Below are positions 47,933 to 58,024 of a stretch of DNA of 64,000 bases, one piece after another. Position 1 is the stretch's first letter, and each line of letters opens with the position of its first letter. The DNA lies in contig JAJCYR010000058.1 of assembly GCA_029262775.1 (NCBI GenBank), forward strand, positions 2,653 through 66,652, given 5' to 3'. A program made the position numbers and the translations under genes. The stretch is from Bacteroidota bacterium (GTDB taxonomy: Bacteria; Bacteroidota; Rhodothermia; Rhodothermales; UBA10348). Below the pieces are notes generated by a model that saw nothing but the letters and a program-made list of their open reading frames with translations, had not been told where the DNA came from and did no database searches.

Positions 47933-48888
47933 CACACACGATGACCGACAATAAGGCTATACAGGTCCGGGAAATGGCGAAGTCCTTCGGCAGCGCACGT
48001 GCTCTGGACGGGGTCTCGCTGGATGTAGAGCCCGGCGAGCTCTTTGGAATCATAGGCCCCGATGGTGCGGGTAAGACCACCCTGCTCCGAATTCTGGTCA
48101 CGGTGCTGCTCGCCGACTCCGGTCAGGCCACACTCAACGGTCTGGACGTGGTCCGGGATTACCGGGCCATTCGCAACATGGTGGGCTACATGCCCGGCCG
48201 ATTTTCCCTCTATCCCGATTTGACGGTCCGGGAAAACCTGGAATTCTTCGCCTCCGTATTCGGTACGACGGTGGAGGAACAATACGATGCCATAGCGTCC
48301 ATCTACTCGCAGATTGAGCCGTTCAACGACCGGCGTGCCGGTGCGCTCTCCGGGGGAATGAAGCAGAAACTGGCGCTCTCCTGTGCGCTCGTGCATCGAC
48401 CCGAAATCCTCATTCTGGATGAACCCACGACGGGCGTTGACGCCGTAAGCCGTGCCGAATTCTGGGACATTCTGGCAGAATTCAGGTCCACCGGGATCAC
48501 GACTCTTGTTTCAACCCCCTACATGGACGAGGCCGCCCGGTGCGACCGCGTTGTGCTCATGCAGAAGGGACGGTTTTTGGGAGACGCCGATACGCCTGCC
48601 TCTGTGGCCGCCGGTTTTGGATCGACACTGATCCGGGTACGCGCCATGGGCGATCGCGCACGGTTTTTGCGTGATACGCGCGCACTGCCCCATACCCGAC
48701 GGGCCGAGATCTTCGGAGAGTGGATTCACGTGACGACGCGGGAGGAATTGCCACAGGACGTCGCTTCCAGTGTTCAGCAGGCGTTGCGCGAAAAAGGCTG
48801 GGCCGATGCAGAGGCTGAACCGGTACAGCCCACCATCGAAGATGTATTCATGGACCTCATGGGCACGGATTCACATGCAACCCACTGA
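47929..48888 (+). CDS. ABC transporter ATP-binding protein (NBD 1 of a YbhF-like pair)
   Basis: Walker A 'GPDGAGKTT', signature 'LSGGMKQKL' and Walker B 'ILILDEPTTGVD' are present. The H-loop position reads 'STPYMDEA' (Pro instead of His). Confidence 0.9.
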   Translation: MTHTMTDNKAIQVREMAKSFGSARALDGVSLDVEPGELFGIIGPDGAGKTTLLRILVTVLLADSGQATLNGLDVVRDYRAIRNMVGYMPGRFSLYPDLTVRENLEFFASVFGTTVEEQYDAIASIYSQIEPFNDRRAGALSGGMKQKLALSCALVHRPEILILDEPTTGVDAVSRAEFWDILAEFRSTGITTLVSTPYMDEAARCDRVVLMQKGRFLGDADTPASVAAGFGSTLIRVRAMGDRARFLRDTRALPHTRRAEIFGEWIHVTTREELPQDVASSVQQALREKGWADAEAEPVQPTIEDVFMDLMGTDSHATH

Positions 48889-49639
48889 CACCATACGATC
48901 CCCTGACTCAGGACAGCCCGCCGTTTGGGCCGAGAATCTGACGCGCCGATTCGGCGATTTCACGGCTGTGGACGCCATTTCAGTCTCCATTGCACGCGGT
49001 GAAGTGTTCGGATTCCTTGGAGCCAACGGCGCCGGTAAGACGACGGCCATCAAAATGCTGACCGGCCTTCTGGCACCAACGTCCGGAGCAGCCCGCACGG
49101 CGGGCTTTGACGTTGGCCGCGAAGCCGAACATGTCAAGCGCCGCATTGGCTACATGAGCCAGAAGTTTGCCCTCTACGACGACCTCACCGTACGAGAAAA
49201 TATCCGATTTTACGGCGGTATTTACGGGCTTTCCAACGCGGAAATCAAAGACCGCATGTCGGCGGCTATTGAACGCCTCGGCCTCCAGAGCCTGGTGAAT
49301 GAGCGTGTAGGTAGGCTACCCCTCGGCTGGAAGCAAAAGCTGGCCTTCTCGGTCGCACTCCTGCATAGACCTGACGTCGTTTTCCTGGATGAGCCCACGG
49401 GGGGTGTTGACCCTGTGACCCGGCGGCAGTTCTGGGAAATGATTTACGACGCGGCAGCCGAAGGCACCACTGTGTTCGTGACGACACACTACATGGACGA
49501 GGCCGAGTACTGCGATCGTATCTCCATCATGGTAGATGGCCGGATTGCCGCTCTCGGGACCCCAGCCCAGTTGAAGTCCCGGTTCGGAGTCGACAGTATG
49601 GATGCCGTATTCGTACGGCTTGTGAGGGGCAAATCATGA
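48875..49639 (+). CDS. ABC transporter ATP-binding protein (NBD 2 of the pair)
   Basis: Walker A 'GANGAGKTT', Walker B 'VVFLDEPTGGVD' and H-loop 'TTHYMDEAE' are present. The signature is degenerate ('LPLGWKQKL'). Confidence 0.9.
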   Translation: MQPTDTIRSPDSGQPAVWAENLTRRFGDFTAVDAISVSIARGEVFGFLGANGAGKTTAIKMLTGLLAPTSGAARTAGFDVGREAEHVKRRIGYMSQKFALYDDLTVRENIRFYGGIYGLSNAEIKDRMSAAIERLGLQSLVNERVGRLPLGWKQKLAFSVALLHRPDVVFLDEPTGGVDPVTRRQFWEMIYDAAAEGTTVFVTTHYMDEAEYCDRISIMVDGRIAALGTPAQLKSRFGVDSMDAVFVRLVRGKS

Positions 49640-50748
49640 ACACGCCCCACCCACGAGGCGCCTTTTCGGCGTTCGTACTCAAGGAAACACGGCACATACT
49701 CCGCGACCGCCAGACACTCGTCGTGCTCATCATCTTACCGTTCATCATGGTGCTGCTGTTCGGCTTTGCCATCCGGACCGACGTGGAGGAAGTGCGCCTG
49801 GTCGTGGTAGATGCATCGCGTGACAGTCGCAGCAGGGACCTCGTACGGAATTTGTCGTCCACGACGGCCCTCTATGTCGTCGGCGTAAAGGACAACGTCT
49901 CACAGGTGGAACCGCTGCTTCGGACGGGGGAAGCGGCCGTGGCGCTCGTCCTGCCAACGGGATTTGCACGCGCACTCGAAACCGGAACGGCGGCCGTGCT
50001 CATTGAGAGCGACGGAATCAACGCAAATTATGCGGCCACCTCGGAGAACTACGTTCGGGTGGTTGTGCAATCATGGGCGGCCCAACAGGGATTTGGCACT
50101 CCCTCCATTCGCATGGATACGCGCATGCGGTTCAACCCGACCCTGGCATCGGAAAACCTGTTTATTCCGGGTCTGCTGGCCTTCGTACTCATACTGATTT
50201 CCGCGCTTATGACCGCCATATCACTGGCGCGGGAGAAGGAAACCGGCACCATGGAAGTCCTCCTCGTTTCGCCCCTGCGCCCCCTGCAGATCATTGTCGG
50301 AAAAGTCGTCCCCTACCTGGCACTCGCCTTTTTCAATGGGGTGACCGCGCTGGCGGTTGCATGGACCGTTTTCCGCGTGCCCATCCGGGGTAGCCTGGCC
50401 CTGCTGCTGGCCGCTATCCTGCTGTATGTCCTGGTCTCGCTGGCTCTCGGTATTCTTATTTCGTCGCTGGTTCCGGATCAACGGACCGCCATGATGACGA
50501 CACTTCTTGGCCTGCTCATTCCAACCCTGGCCCTGAGCGGTTTCATTTTCCCCATATCGTCCATGCCTGCCTGGCTGAGTCCATTTGCCGACATCGTTCC
50601 CGCGACGTGGTTCATCCTGGTAGCCCGCGGCATCATGCTCAAGGGAATCGGCGCGATACTGCTCTGGAAGGAATTTCTGGTGCTGGGTGCCATGGCCGTC
50701 GCATTGCTCTTTGCCGCCTCCCGATCACTGACAGACCGCACTACCTGA
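49636..50748 (+). CDS. ABC-2 type permease (YbhS/YbhR-like)
   Basis: An N-terminal TM helix, a large periplasmic loop and 5 C-terminal TM helices. ATGA overlap with the ATPase. Confidence 0.85.
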   Translation: MNTPHPRGAFSAFVLKETRHILRDRQTLVVLIILPFIMVLLFGFAIRTDVEEVRLVVVDASRDSRSRDLVRNLSSTTALYVVGVKDNVSQVEPLLRTGEAAVALVLPTGFARALETGTAAVLIESDGINANYAATSENYVRVVVQSWAAQQGFGTPSIRMDTRMRFNPTLASENLFIPGLLAFVLILISALMTAISLAREKETGTMEVLLVSPLRPLQIIVGKVVPYLALAFFNGVTALAVAWTVFRVPIRGSLALLLAAILLYVLVSLALGILISSLVPDQRTAMMTTLLGLLIPTLALSGFIFPISSMPAWLSPFADIVPATWFILVARGIMLKGIGAILLWKEFLVLGAMAVALLFAASRSLTDRTT

Positions 50749-50756
50749 GGCCCATC

Positions 50757-51851
50757 ATGCGCACCGTCCTGTTTATTGTCTGGAAGGAGTTGACCCAGGT
50801 CTTTCGCGACCGGCTCATGCTGCTCCAGATATTTGTCCCCCCGGTCCTGCAATTGCTCATCATGTCACAGGCCATGACATTTGAGGTCCATCATACGGAC
50901 CTGACTCTCATAGACCTGGACCATTCCGCCGCCTCGGAAAGACTCATCGAGCAGTTCACGTCGACCGGCCGATTTGACATCTCGGTCCGCACCGCCTCGG
51001 CCAATCGCGCGGATGAAACACTCTTGACACGGGAAGCCAATGCCGTAATCCGTATCCCTGACGGATTCGAACGCACACTTCTATCGAGGGGTCATCCCGG
51101 AATTCAGCTCATACTCAACGCCGAAGACGGCGCCGCTGCGAGTGTCGTACAGTCCTACGCGTCCCAGATTGTGGGAGCGTTCTCTGCGGAAGAAGCAGGG
51201 CGCGAGCGGGGTATATCCGTGCAGACCAGAACCCTGTACAACCCACAACGCTCGTATCTGGGATATATGGCCATAGGCCTATTGGCTTCACTCATGACCA
51301 TTGTGGGAGTACTGCTCACATCGCAGAACATTGCCCGCGAGAAGGAAATTGGCACGCTCGAGCAACTGAACGTAACGCCGATTGCCCGGAGCCACTTCAT
51401 AGCCGGGAAGTTGCTTCCATTCATGCTCATCGGCCTGGTAGAGCTGTCCATTGGCCTCGTGATCATCCGTCTGGTGTTCGGCATTCCATTCGCTGGCTCC
51501 GTCGTTGTCGTTTACGCGGGAGCCATCATATACCTCCTGGCGGCCCTCGGGCTGGGTCTTCTCATTTCGACCGTCGTCTCGACACAGCAACAGGCCCAGT
51601 TCATCACGTTCTTCGTGCTGGTCGCATTCTTTTTCCTTGGGGGTATTTTCACGCCCGTAGAATCCATGCCTGGTTGGGCACAAACGCTTGCTTCGCTCAA
51701 TCCAATCAAGCACTTCACCGCCGTATTGCGAACCGTCCTCATGAAAGGCGGCACACTGGCCGATGTCTCCACACCGTTTGCATCCATGATGCTCTTCGCC
51801 GTCGGAGTTCTCACTATCGCAATCATGCGGTACCAGAAAACGGCCGCATGA
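50757..51851 (+). CDS. ABC-2 type permease (YbhS/YbhR-like), second copy
   Basis: It has the same architecture. The ATG at 50757 ('MRTVLFIVWKEL') lies 9 nt after the previous stop. Confidence 0.85.
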   Translation: MRTVLFIVWKELTQVFRDRLMLLQIFVPPVLQLLIMSQAMTFEVHHTDLTLIDLDHSAASERLIEQFTSTGRFDISVRTASANRADETLLTREANAVIRIPDGFERTLLSRGHPGIQLILNAEDGAAASVVQSYASQIVGAFSAEEAGRERGISVQTRTLYNPQRSYLGYMAIGLLASLMTIVGVLLTSQNIAREKEIGTLEQLNVTPIARSHFIAGKLLPFMLIGLVELSIGLVIIRLVFGIPFAGSVVVVYAGAIIYLLAALGLGLLISTVVSTQQQAQFITFFVLVAFFFLGGIFTPVESMPGWAQTLASLNPIKHFTAVLRTVLMKGGTLADVSTPFASMMLFAVGVLTIAIMRYQKTAA

Positions 51852-51905
51852 CGAAAAAGTCACCGCCGGGATGGCGGCGGAGAATCCAAGCCTGAAAACC
51901 TCCCC

Positions 51906-51922
51906 CCGTTAACGGCGTTAAC
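51906..51922. promoter_or_regulatory. palindrome CCGTTAACGG plus a second GTTAAC upstream of icmF
   Basis: CCGTTAACGG (a perfect 10-bp palindrome) overlaps a direct repeat of GTTAAC, about 40 nt upstream of the ATG at 51961. Confidence 0.3.
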
Positions 51923-51960
51923 ACGGTCCCAGACTGACCGAACGCCATCACACGGAATAC

Positions 51961-54900
51961 ATGCCGACTGCTCCCAAAGCGACCACATCAGCCCCGGTCA
52001 ACGCCGACCCGGCCACATCAGCCCCGGCCAGCCAGCCCCACGACGCCGCGTCTACGCCCGAGGTCTACACTCCAAAGCACCCCATCCGCTTCGTAACAGC
52101 CGCCAGCCTGTTCGACGGGCACGATGCCGCCATCAACATCATGCGCCGCATACTACAGGCGGCCGGAGCCGAAGTCATCCACCTCGGGCACAACCGGTCC
52201 GTCCAAGACGTGGTCGATACGGCCATCCAGGAGGACGTTCAGGGTATTGCGGTGTCATCCTACCAGGGTGGGCACATGGAGTATTTCAAATACATGTTCG
52301 ATCTGCTCGAGGAGCGGGGTGCTGGCCACATCCGGATATACGGCGGCGGAGGCGGCGTCATCGTGCAGGAAGAGATTGAAGAGCTGCACGAATATGGCAT
52401 AGCCCGCATTTTCTCCCCCGAAGACGGCCTGAAGCTCGGCCTCCGTGGCATGATCGATGTGATGATGCGCGAGTGCGATTTTTCACCGGCCGATCTGCCC
52501 GACCAGCGCGAAAAGCCCAACCAGCCCGACAACGCCCCGACCAACCCGGGCCGCCTCGCGCGCGCCCTCACCCGTGTCGAGTCGGCACCCACGGGCGGCG
52601 ACGGAGCGCCCGCCGGCCGCACCACAACCATCCCCACCATCGGCATTACGGGCACCGGCGGCGCCGGCAAATCGACGCTGACGGATGAACTTATCCGCCG
52701 GTTTGTGAACGACTTCGACGACGTCCACATCGCCGTTCTCTCGGTCGATCCCACCAAGCGCTCCACGGGAGGCGCACTGCTTGGCGACCGCATCCGCATG
52801 AACGCCATCTACGATGCTGCCGACGGCCGCGTCTTCATGCGCTCCTTCGCCACGCGCCAAGCCCACCGCGCGACGTCAAACGCACTGCGCGAATCCATCC
52901 GCGTCTGCGAGGCTGCCGGGTACGACCTCATCATCCTCGAAACAGCGGGTATTGGCCAGAGCGATACCGAAGTCGTCGATCTCACCGATCTCACGCTCTA
53001 CGTCATGACGCAGGAGTTCGGCGCCCCCACGCAACTCGAAAAAATAGGCATGCTGGATGTAGCCGACTTCGTGGCGCTCAACAAGTTCGAAAAACGGGGC
53101 AGCGAAGATGCGCTGCGCGACGTGCGCAAGCAAATGCAGCGCAACCGGATGGCCTTCGATTCCACCCCAGATGCCATGCCCGTCTACCCGACCATGGCAT
53201 CGCACTTCAATGATTCCGGCGTGACGACGCTCTACCTCGCCCTGCTCGACAAACTCAATACCGACTTCGACTTCGGCCGTACATCTGCCGTGTACGCCGG
53301 CCAGGACGTACCCGAAGCCAGCAGCAACGGGCCAGCCGCCAACGCGCCTGAAACCGACGCCAGCCACGCCGCCCTGATCCCCGGCAAGCGCCAACGATAC
53401 CTGGGCGACATTGCAGATACCTGCCGGTCCTACCGCGAGCACGCCGAAGACCAGGTCCGCCTGGCCCGCAAGTGGGGTGAAGCCGTGGGCGCCCGCCGGC
53501 AGATCGAAGAATGGAACCCTGAAGACCGGGACATGCTCGAAGACCGCCTCCGCACCATGGCCGACCGCTGGTGGAATCGGCTCGACCGCTACTCCCGCTC
53601 CATTCTCGAGAAATGGGACGAGACGGCGGCCACCTACACCGCCGACGAATTCACCTACACCGTCCGCGGACGCGACTTCACTGTTCCTCTCTACACGGAA
53701 TCCCTCTCCGGCACCCGTATTCCCCGTGTGGCCCTACCCCGCACGGAAGATCCCGGCGAGCGCCTTCGCTTCGCCCTCCTCGAAAATGTCCCGGGCTACT
53801 TCCCGTACGCATCGGGTGTATTTCCCTTCAAGCGCACCGGCGAAGATCCCACGCGCATGTTTGCCGGCGAGGGCAGCCCCGAGCGCACCAACCGGCGCTT
53901 CCATCTCGTCTCGGAAGGCCTCCCCGCCAAGCGCCTCTCTACCGCCTTCGACTCGGTCACGCTCTACGGCTTCGATCCGCACGAGCGGCCCGACATCTAC
54001 GGCAAGGTGGGTAACGCCGGCGTCTCGATCTGCACGCTCGATGACATGAAAAAGCTCTATTCGGGCTTCGACCTGTGCAGCCCCACAACGAGCGTATCCA
54101 TGACCATCAACGGCCCAGCGCCCATGATCCTGGCCATGTTCATGAACACCGCCATAGACCAGCAGGTCGAAAAACACCTGCGCGCCGAGGGCCTTTTCGA
54201 CGGTGTCAAAAAGCGGGTCGATACGAAGCTTGGCGGCAAGGTGCCCACCTACGCCCCCACTGGACCCACCGGCCCGGCCAGCGCCATGCCTACCACCAAC
54301 GACGGGTTCGGGCTCGGCCTTCTCGGCACCTCCGGCGCCGAACTCGTGGCTTCAGGGCTCCTCAATGCCGACGTCTATGCCCGCCTCCGCGACGAGGCGG
54401 TAAGCGTCGTTCGCGGTACCGTGCAGGCCGACATCCTGAAAGAAGACCAGGCCCAGAACACCTGTATCTTCTCCACCGAATTCGCCATGCGCATGATGGG
54501 CGACGTGCAGGCATGGTTCATTGATCATGCCGTCCGGAATTTCTACTCGGTATCCATTTCGGGGTATCACATTGCCGAGGCCGGAGCAAATCCCATTTCG
54601 CAGCTCGCCTTTACGCTATCGAACGGCTTCACGCTCGTTGAATACTATCTGGCGCGCGGCATGGATATCGATGACTTTGCCCCGAATTTGTCGTTCTTCT
54701 TCTCAAACGGAATGGATCCGGAGTACAGTGTGATTGGCCGCGTAGCGCGCCGCATCTGGGCCGTTGCCATGCGCGACCGGTATGGAGCGAGCGAGCGCAG
54801 CCAGAAGCTGAAGTACCACATCCAGACCTCCGGCCGCAGCCTGCATGCCCAGGAAATCCAATTCAACGACATCCGAACCACACTGCAGGCCCTGATGGCC

Positions 54901-55512
54901 ATCCAGGATAATTGTAACTCGTTGCACACCAATGCCTACGATGAGGCTATCACGACGCCAACCGAAGAGAGCGTGCGCCGCGCCATTGCCATCCAGATGA
55001 TCATCAACCATGAACTCGGACTGGCCAAAAACGAAAATCCCCTGCAGGGTGCCTATATCATCGAAGAGCTCACAGACCTCGTGGAAGAAGCCGTGCTGCA
55101 GGAGTTTGAGCGACTGAACGATCGAGGCGGCGTGCTCGGCGCCATGGAGACCATGTACCAGCGCTCGAAAATACAGGAGGAGAGCATGTTCTACGAACAC
55201 AGGAAGCACTCGGGCGAACTGCCTGTGATCGGCGTGAATACCTTCAAGGCCGAAGACACCGACGACGGCGCAGCCGCCGTTCCTCTCATGCGCTCATCGG
55301 ATATTGAAAAGAAGCGCCAGATCGAGAACCTGCGCATCTTCCAGGCTCGCAACGAGGATGCGGCCGGGGCCGGATTGGAGCAGCTGCGCGAAACAGCCCG
55401 GACTGGCGGCAACATGTTCGACGCGCTCATGGATGCCGTTCGCGTCTGTTCACTCGGCCAGATCACGCATGCGCTTTTCGAAGTCGGCGGTCAGTACCGG
55501 CGGAATATGTAA
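51961..55512 (+). CDS. icmF: fused isobutyryl-CoA mutase (B12-binding domain + MeaB-like G-protein + mutase substrate domain)
   Basis: The N-terminus has 'DGHDAAIN' (DxHxxG B12 motif). The middle has the P-loop '[10 protein letters not shown]', 'ETAGIGQSD' and 'NKFE'. The C-terminus is a roughly 600-aa methylmalonyl-CoA-mutase-like barrel. Total length is 1183 aa. Confidence 0.9.
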   Translation: MPTAPKATTSAPVNADPATSAPASQPHDAASTPEVYTPKHPIRFVTAASLFDGHDAAINIMRRILQAAGAEVIHLGHNRSVQDVVDTAIQEDVQGIAVSSYQGGHMEYFKYMFDLLEERGAGHIRIYGGGGGVIVQEEIEELHEYGIARIFSPEDGLKLGLRGMIDVMMRECDFSPADLPDQREKPNQPDNAPTNPGRLARALTRVESAPTGGDGAPAGRTTTIPTIGITGTGGAGKSTLTDELIRRFVNDFDDVHIAVLSVDPTKRSTGGALLGDRIRMNAIYDAADGRVFMRSFATRQAHRATSNALRESIRVCEAAGYDLIILETAGIGQSDTEVVDLTDLTLYVMTQEFGAPTQLEKIGMLDVADFVALNKFEKRGSEDALRDVRKQMQRNRMAFDSTPDAMPVYPTMASHFNDSGVTTLYLALLDKLNTDFDFGRTSAVYAGQDVPEASSNGPAANAPETDASHAALIPGKRQRYLGDIADTCRSYREHAEDQVRLARKWGEAVGARRQIEEWNPEDRDMLEDRLRTMADRWWNRLDRYSRSILEKWDETAATYTADEFTYTVRGRDFTVPLYTESLSGTRIPRVALPRTEDPGERLRFALLENVPGYFPYASGVFPFKRTGEDPTRMFAGEGSPERTNRRFHLVSEGLPAKRLSTAFDSVTLYGFDPHERPDIYGKVGNAGVSICTLDDMKKLYSGFDLCSPTTSVSMTINGPAPMILAMFMNTAIDQQVEKHLRAEGLFDGVKKRVDTKLGGKVPTYAPTGPTGPASAMPTTNDGFGLGLLGTSGAELVASGLLNADVYARLRDEAVSVVRGTVQADILKEDQAQNTCIFSTEFAMRMMGDVQAWFIDHAVRNFYSVSISGYHIAEAGANPISQLAFTLSNGFTLVEYYLARGMDIDDFAPNLSFFFSNGMDPEYSVIGRVARRIWAVAMRDRYGASERSQKLKYHIQTSGRSLHAQEIQFNDIRTTLQALMAIQDNCNSLHTNAYDEAITTPTEESVRRAIAIQMIINHELGLAKNENPLQGAYIIEELTDLVEEAVLQEFERLNDRGGVLGAMETMYQRSKIQEESMFYEHRKHSGELPVIGVNTFKAEDTDDGAAAVPLMRSSDIEKKRQIENLRIFQARNEDAAGAGLEQLRETARTGGNMFDALMDAVRVCSLGQITHALFEVGGQYRRNM

Positions 55513-55547
55513 GGCGGAAATATCCCAATAGCCTGCTGAAACAATAT

Positions 55548-55559
55548 TTGCCTGAGCAA
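55548..55559. promoter_or_regulatory. TTGCC-N2-GCAA box 1 (candidate MarR operator)
   Basis: AATAtTTGCCTgaGCAA lies 13 nt upstream of the marR ATG. The same motif recurs at 56012. Confidence 0.4.
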
Positions 55560-55571
55560 GTAAAGGGTGGC

Positions 55572-55994
55572 ATGAGTCGCTATACGCTACATGACAGTCT
55601 GGGATACTGGATGAACCGGGTGGCTTCCCAGATGCATGAATCGTTCGACCAGGCCGTCGCCGACCTTGACATGACAGCAGCCCAGTGGGCAGTCATTGCC
55701 ACCGTTGCGCGGTCACAGCAATCCACGCCCGGCGAGATTGCGGAGTACATCGGCATTCACGGTGGAAGCGTCACCCGACTGCTTGATCGTCTGGTAGACA
55801 AGGGATTCGTTGAACGGATCTCCCACCCCACCGATCGTCGAGCCCTCATCGTCCGCCTCACGAGTGCCGGTAAAGCGCTCGTTCCCAAACTCGAAAAGCG
55901 ATCCAAAACGGAAAACAACCGATTCCTTGAGCGCCTGGAGCCCGACGTACGTGCCACGTTCGTCGAACACCTGAAACGCTTGGCCAGGGTCTGA
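55572..55994 (+). CDS. MarR family transcriptional regulator
   Basis: 'LDMTAAQWAVIATV', 'PGEIAEYIGIHGGSVTRLLDRLVDKGFVER' and 'DRRALIVRLT' are present. Confidence 0.9.
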   Translation: MSRYTLHDSLGYWMNRVASQMHESFDQAVADLDMTAAQWAVIATVARSQQSTPGEIAEYIGIHGGSVTRLLDRLVDKGFVERISHPTDRRALIVRLTSAGKALVPKLEKRSKTENNRFLERLEPDVRATFVEHLKRLARV

Positions 55995-56011
55995 TTTTTT
56001 TTCACTAATAC

Positions 56012-56023
56012 TTGCCTACGCAA
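56012..56023. promoter_or_regulatory. TTGCC-N2-GCAA box 2 (candidate MarR operator)
   Basis: AATAcTTGCCTacGCAA lies 10 nt upstream of the hydrolase ATG at 56033. Confidence 0.4.
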
Positions 56024-56032
56024 TATCTGTCT

Positions 56033-56926
56033 ATGCACACAAACATATCCCAGGATAACCGACCCAACTCCATATTCGACGCACCCGTGTTCCTGAACAT
56101 CAATGGCAACCGCATAGCAACGTACACGTCCGGTAACGGTGGCGGTCCCCCTCTCGTATTCATTCATCCTGCACCTGGATGGAGTTACATGTATGCCCGA
56201 CTCATGGAGCGTCTCTCAGAACGGTTCACCTGCATTGCGTTCGATTTACCGAGGTTCGGACGGTCTCCTGACCCGGACGACACTGAGTGGGGGCTCGACC
56301 AGTATGCAGACGTTGTCGCACGCGTTCTTGACCGGCGCTCATTGAGCAACGTGACCTTGATGGTACACGACTCAGGCGGTGTCATTGGCATGGCTGCCCT
56401 TCATCGCATCCAGGAGAGGGTTACACGCCTCATCGCTACGGACACGTTCGCTTGGCCTCTCCGGTCCGATTTCCCCAGGATTCGCACGATGTTGCGATTG
56501 GTTACATCGCGATGGCTGTCCGGCGTTCTGGCACGTTCAAATGCCATTCCGCGAGCTGCTATTGCCACTGCGGGAGGCGTCGGGACCGATGCCCACATCC
56601 GGAGGACGTTTCTGTCGGCGTTCAACACGCCGGAGCGCCGCATGCGGGTACTCGGGATTTTCAGGATGTTGCTGGATGATAATGGAATCGTGCAGACTGC
56701 TGAACGAAATGTCCAGGAGCTGTTGCCCGACCGGGAGGTCCTCGTGTTGTTCGGAGAGGACGATCCCGCCCGGCATGCCGGATTCGAAGCCCGGTGGCGC
56801 AAGATGCTTCCCCACGCCACGTTCGGGCATCTGCCAGGTGAGAAGCATTTCCCGCACTTCGGATCATTCGATGCAATCGCCGAACACGTTTTAGCATGGT
56901 CCGAGCCAGCCGTCGCCAGCGGCTGA
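56033..56926 (+). CDS. alpha/beta hydrolase (haloalkane-dehalogenase-like, Asp nucleophile)
   Basis: 'LVFIHPAPGWSYMY', 'FDLPRFGRS', 'MVHDSGG' (Asp at the elbow) and 'GEKHFPH' are present. Confidence 0.8.
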   Translation: MHTNISQDNRPNSIFDAPVFLNINGNRIATYTSGNGGGPPLVFIHPAPGWSYMYARLMERLSERFTCIAFDLPRFGRSPDPDDTEWGLDQYADVVARVLDRRSLSNVTLMVHDSGGVIGMAALHRIQERVTRLIATDTFAWPLRSDFPRIRTMLRLVTSRWLSGVLARSNAIPRAAIATAGGVGTDAHIRRTFLSAFNTPERRMRVLGIFRMLLDDNGIVQTAERNVQELLPDREVLVLFGEDDPARHAGFEARWRKMLPHATFGHLPGEKHFPHFGSFDAIAEHVLAWSEPAVASG

Positions 56927-57024
56927 CAACGCTACGGGTCAAGTCGGTAAAATTGGCATCAGTAGACATCTGACAGGAGATGCCGTAACATGGGTCCAGT
57001 GGTCGCACATTCACCGTTCTATCC

Positions 57025-57405
57025 ATGGAAAACGCTGTCCAAATATTCGCCATCATCCACCTGTCCATCATGGGGGTGTCGCACATTGTCCTTCACCGGG
57101 AATGGGCGGCATTCTTCATTTTGCTCAGGTCCAAGGGTGCTGCGGGAGTATTTGTGAACGGATTTCTCAGCCTTGGTTTCGGCTCGGTCGTCGTCGCCTT
57201 TCACCCCGTGTGGACGGGCATTCCCGCCATTCTGACGATTTACGGATGGCTGCTTATCCTGAAAGCTGTCTCGGCATTTATTTTCCCCTCGCTGGCCATA
57301 AAGGGCCTGAACCGCGTCCGCGAAAATAACTCCCGACGATTCATTCTGCCTGGAGTGGCCTTCTGTATCCTGGCAGGGTTGCTCCTGTACCACGTGCTCG
57401 TGTAA
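57025..57405 (+). CDS. four-helix membrane protein, unknown function
   Basis: 126-aa hydrophobic ORF on the same strand as the marR-hydrolase pair. I recognise no family. Confidence 0.5.
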   Translation: MENAVQIFAIIHLSIMGVSHIVLHREWAAFFILLRSKGAAGVFVNGFLSLGFGSVVVAFHPVWTGIPAILTIYGWLLILKAVSAFIFPSLAIKGLNRVRENNSRRFILPGVAFCILAGLLLYHVLV

Positions 57406-57423
57406 CACGCCCTGAAGCGTGTT
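57404..57423. other. 7-bp hairpin overlapping the stop codon of the 57025 gene
   Basis: AACACGC-cctgaa-GCGTGTT. There is no U-tract on either strand. Confidence 0.3.
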
Positions 57424-57604
57424 CAATGAGCCGCCTCGACCAGAGCCATGAGGGCACGGCTGCGTTCCTGTCCGGAACCGATGGCGTCGTTCATCGCACC
57501 CTGTGCCAGGAGTGCTTTCAGTACTCGAGTTCGACTGGACGAGCTTGGGATCCCGTCAACCGCGGAGAAGAAGGCCCTTCGATGCACCGGCCGAATATGT
57601 GATC

Positions 57605-58024
57605 CTAAGAGCGGGCTTCGAGTAGTTCCCGCAGGGTCTCCTTCCGGACCGGCTTGGCAATAAAACCGTCCATTCCAACCTCCTCGCAGCGGCGCCGGTC
57701 TGCGTCCGTTACGCCCGCCGTCATGGCAATGATTCTGGGCCGATTAGTAGGATCCGGCCATTCGTCAATAATACGCCTTGTTGCCTCGATTCCATCCATC
57801 CCGGGCATGTGCAAATCCATGAATACGACGTCGTGACCGCCGGAGCGAACCGCATCGATTGCGGCCTGACCATCGGCCACAACATCCGGTTCGAAGCCCA
57901 ACCGTCTGAGCAGAATGGTCATGAGGCGCTGGTTCACGGCGTTGTCCTCGGCCAGAAGAATCCGGTACGGATGTTCGCGGGAAAAAGATGGGTTCACAAC
58001 AGGCGTCGGTTTTGAAATGATCAT
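57605..58024 (-). CDS. single-domain response regulator (REC only)
   Basis: 'ILLAEDN', '[13 protein letters not shown]', 'IIAMTAG' and 'AKPV' are present. The ATG overlaps the kinase stop (ATGA). Confidence 0.9.
   Translation of the reverse strand: MIISKPTPVVNPSFSREHPYRILLAEDNAVNQRLMTILLRRLGFEPDVVADGQAAIDAVRSGGHDVVFMDLHMPGMDGIEATRRIIDEWPDPTNRPRIIAMTAGVTDADRRRCEEVGMDGFIAKPVRKETLRELLEARS

Noticed and set aside
51852-51960. A possible cobalamin riboswitch in front of the B12-dependent icmF.
   Set aside because: The spacer is only about 109 nt, shorter than a B12 aptamer plus expression platform. I see no B12-box-like core.
57406-57604. The largest non-coding gap in the window, about 200 nt. 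It contains a 71-aa plus-strand ORF (57448..57663) and a roughly 55-codon minus-strand ORF ('...RVLKALLAQGAMNDAIGSGQERSRALMALVEAAH').
   Set aside because: The plus ORF overlaps the response-regulator gene. The minus ORF has third-position G+C (about 62% by my count) no higher than bulk DNA, unlike real genes here, and no recognisable family. No tRNA-like cloverleaf is seen. I left it as spacer, though a decayed gene remnant is possible.
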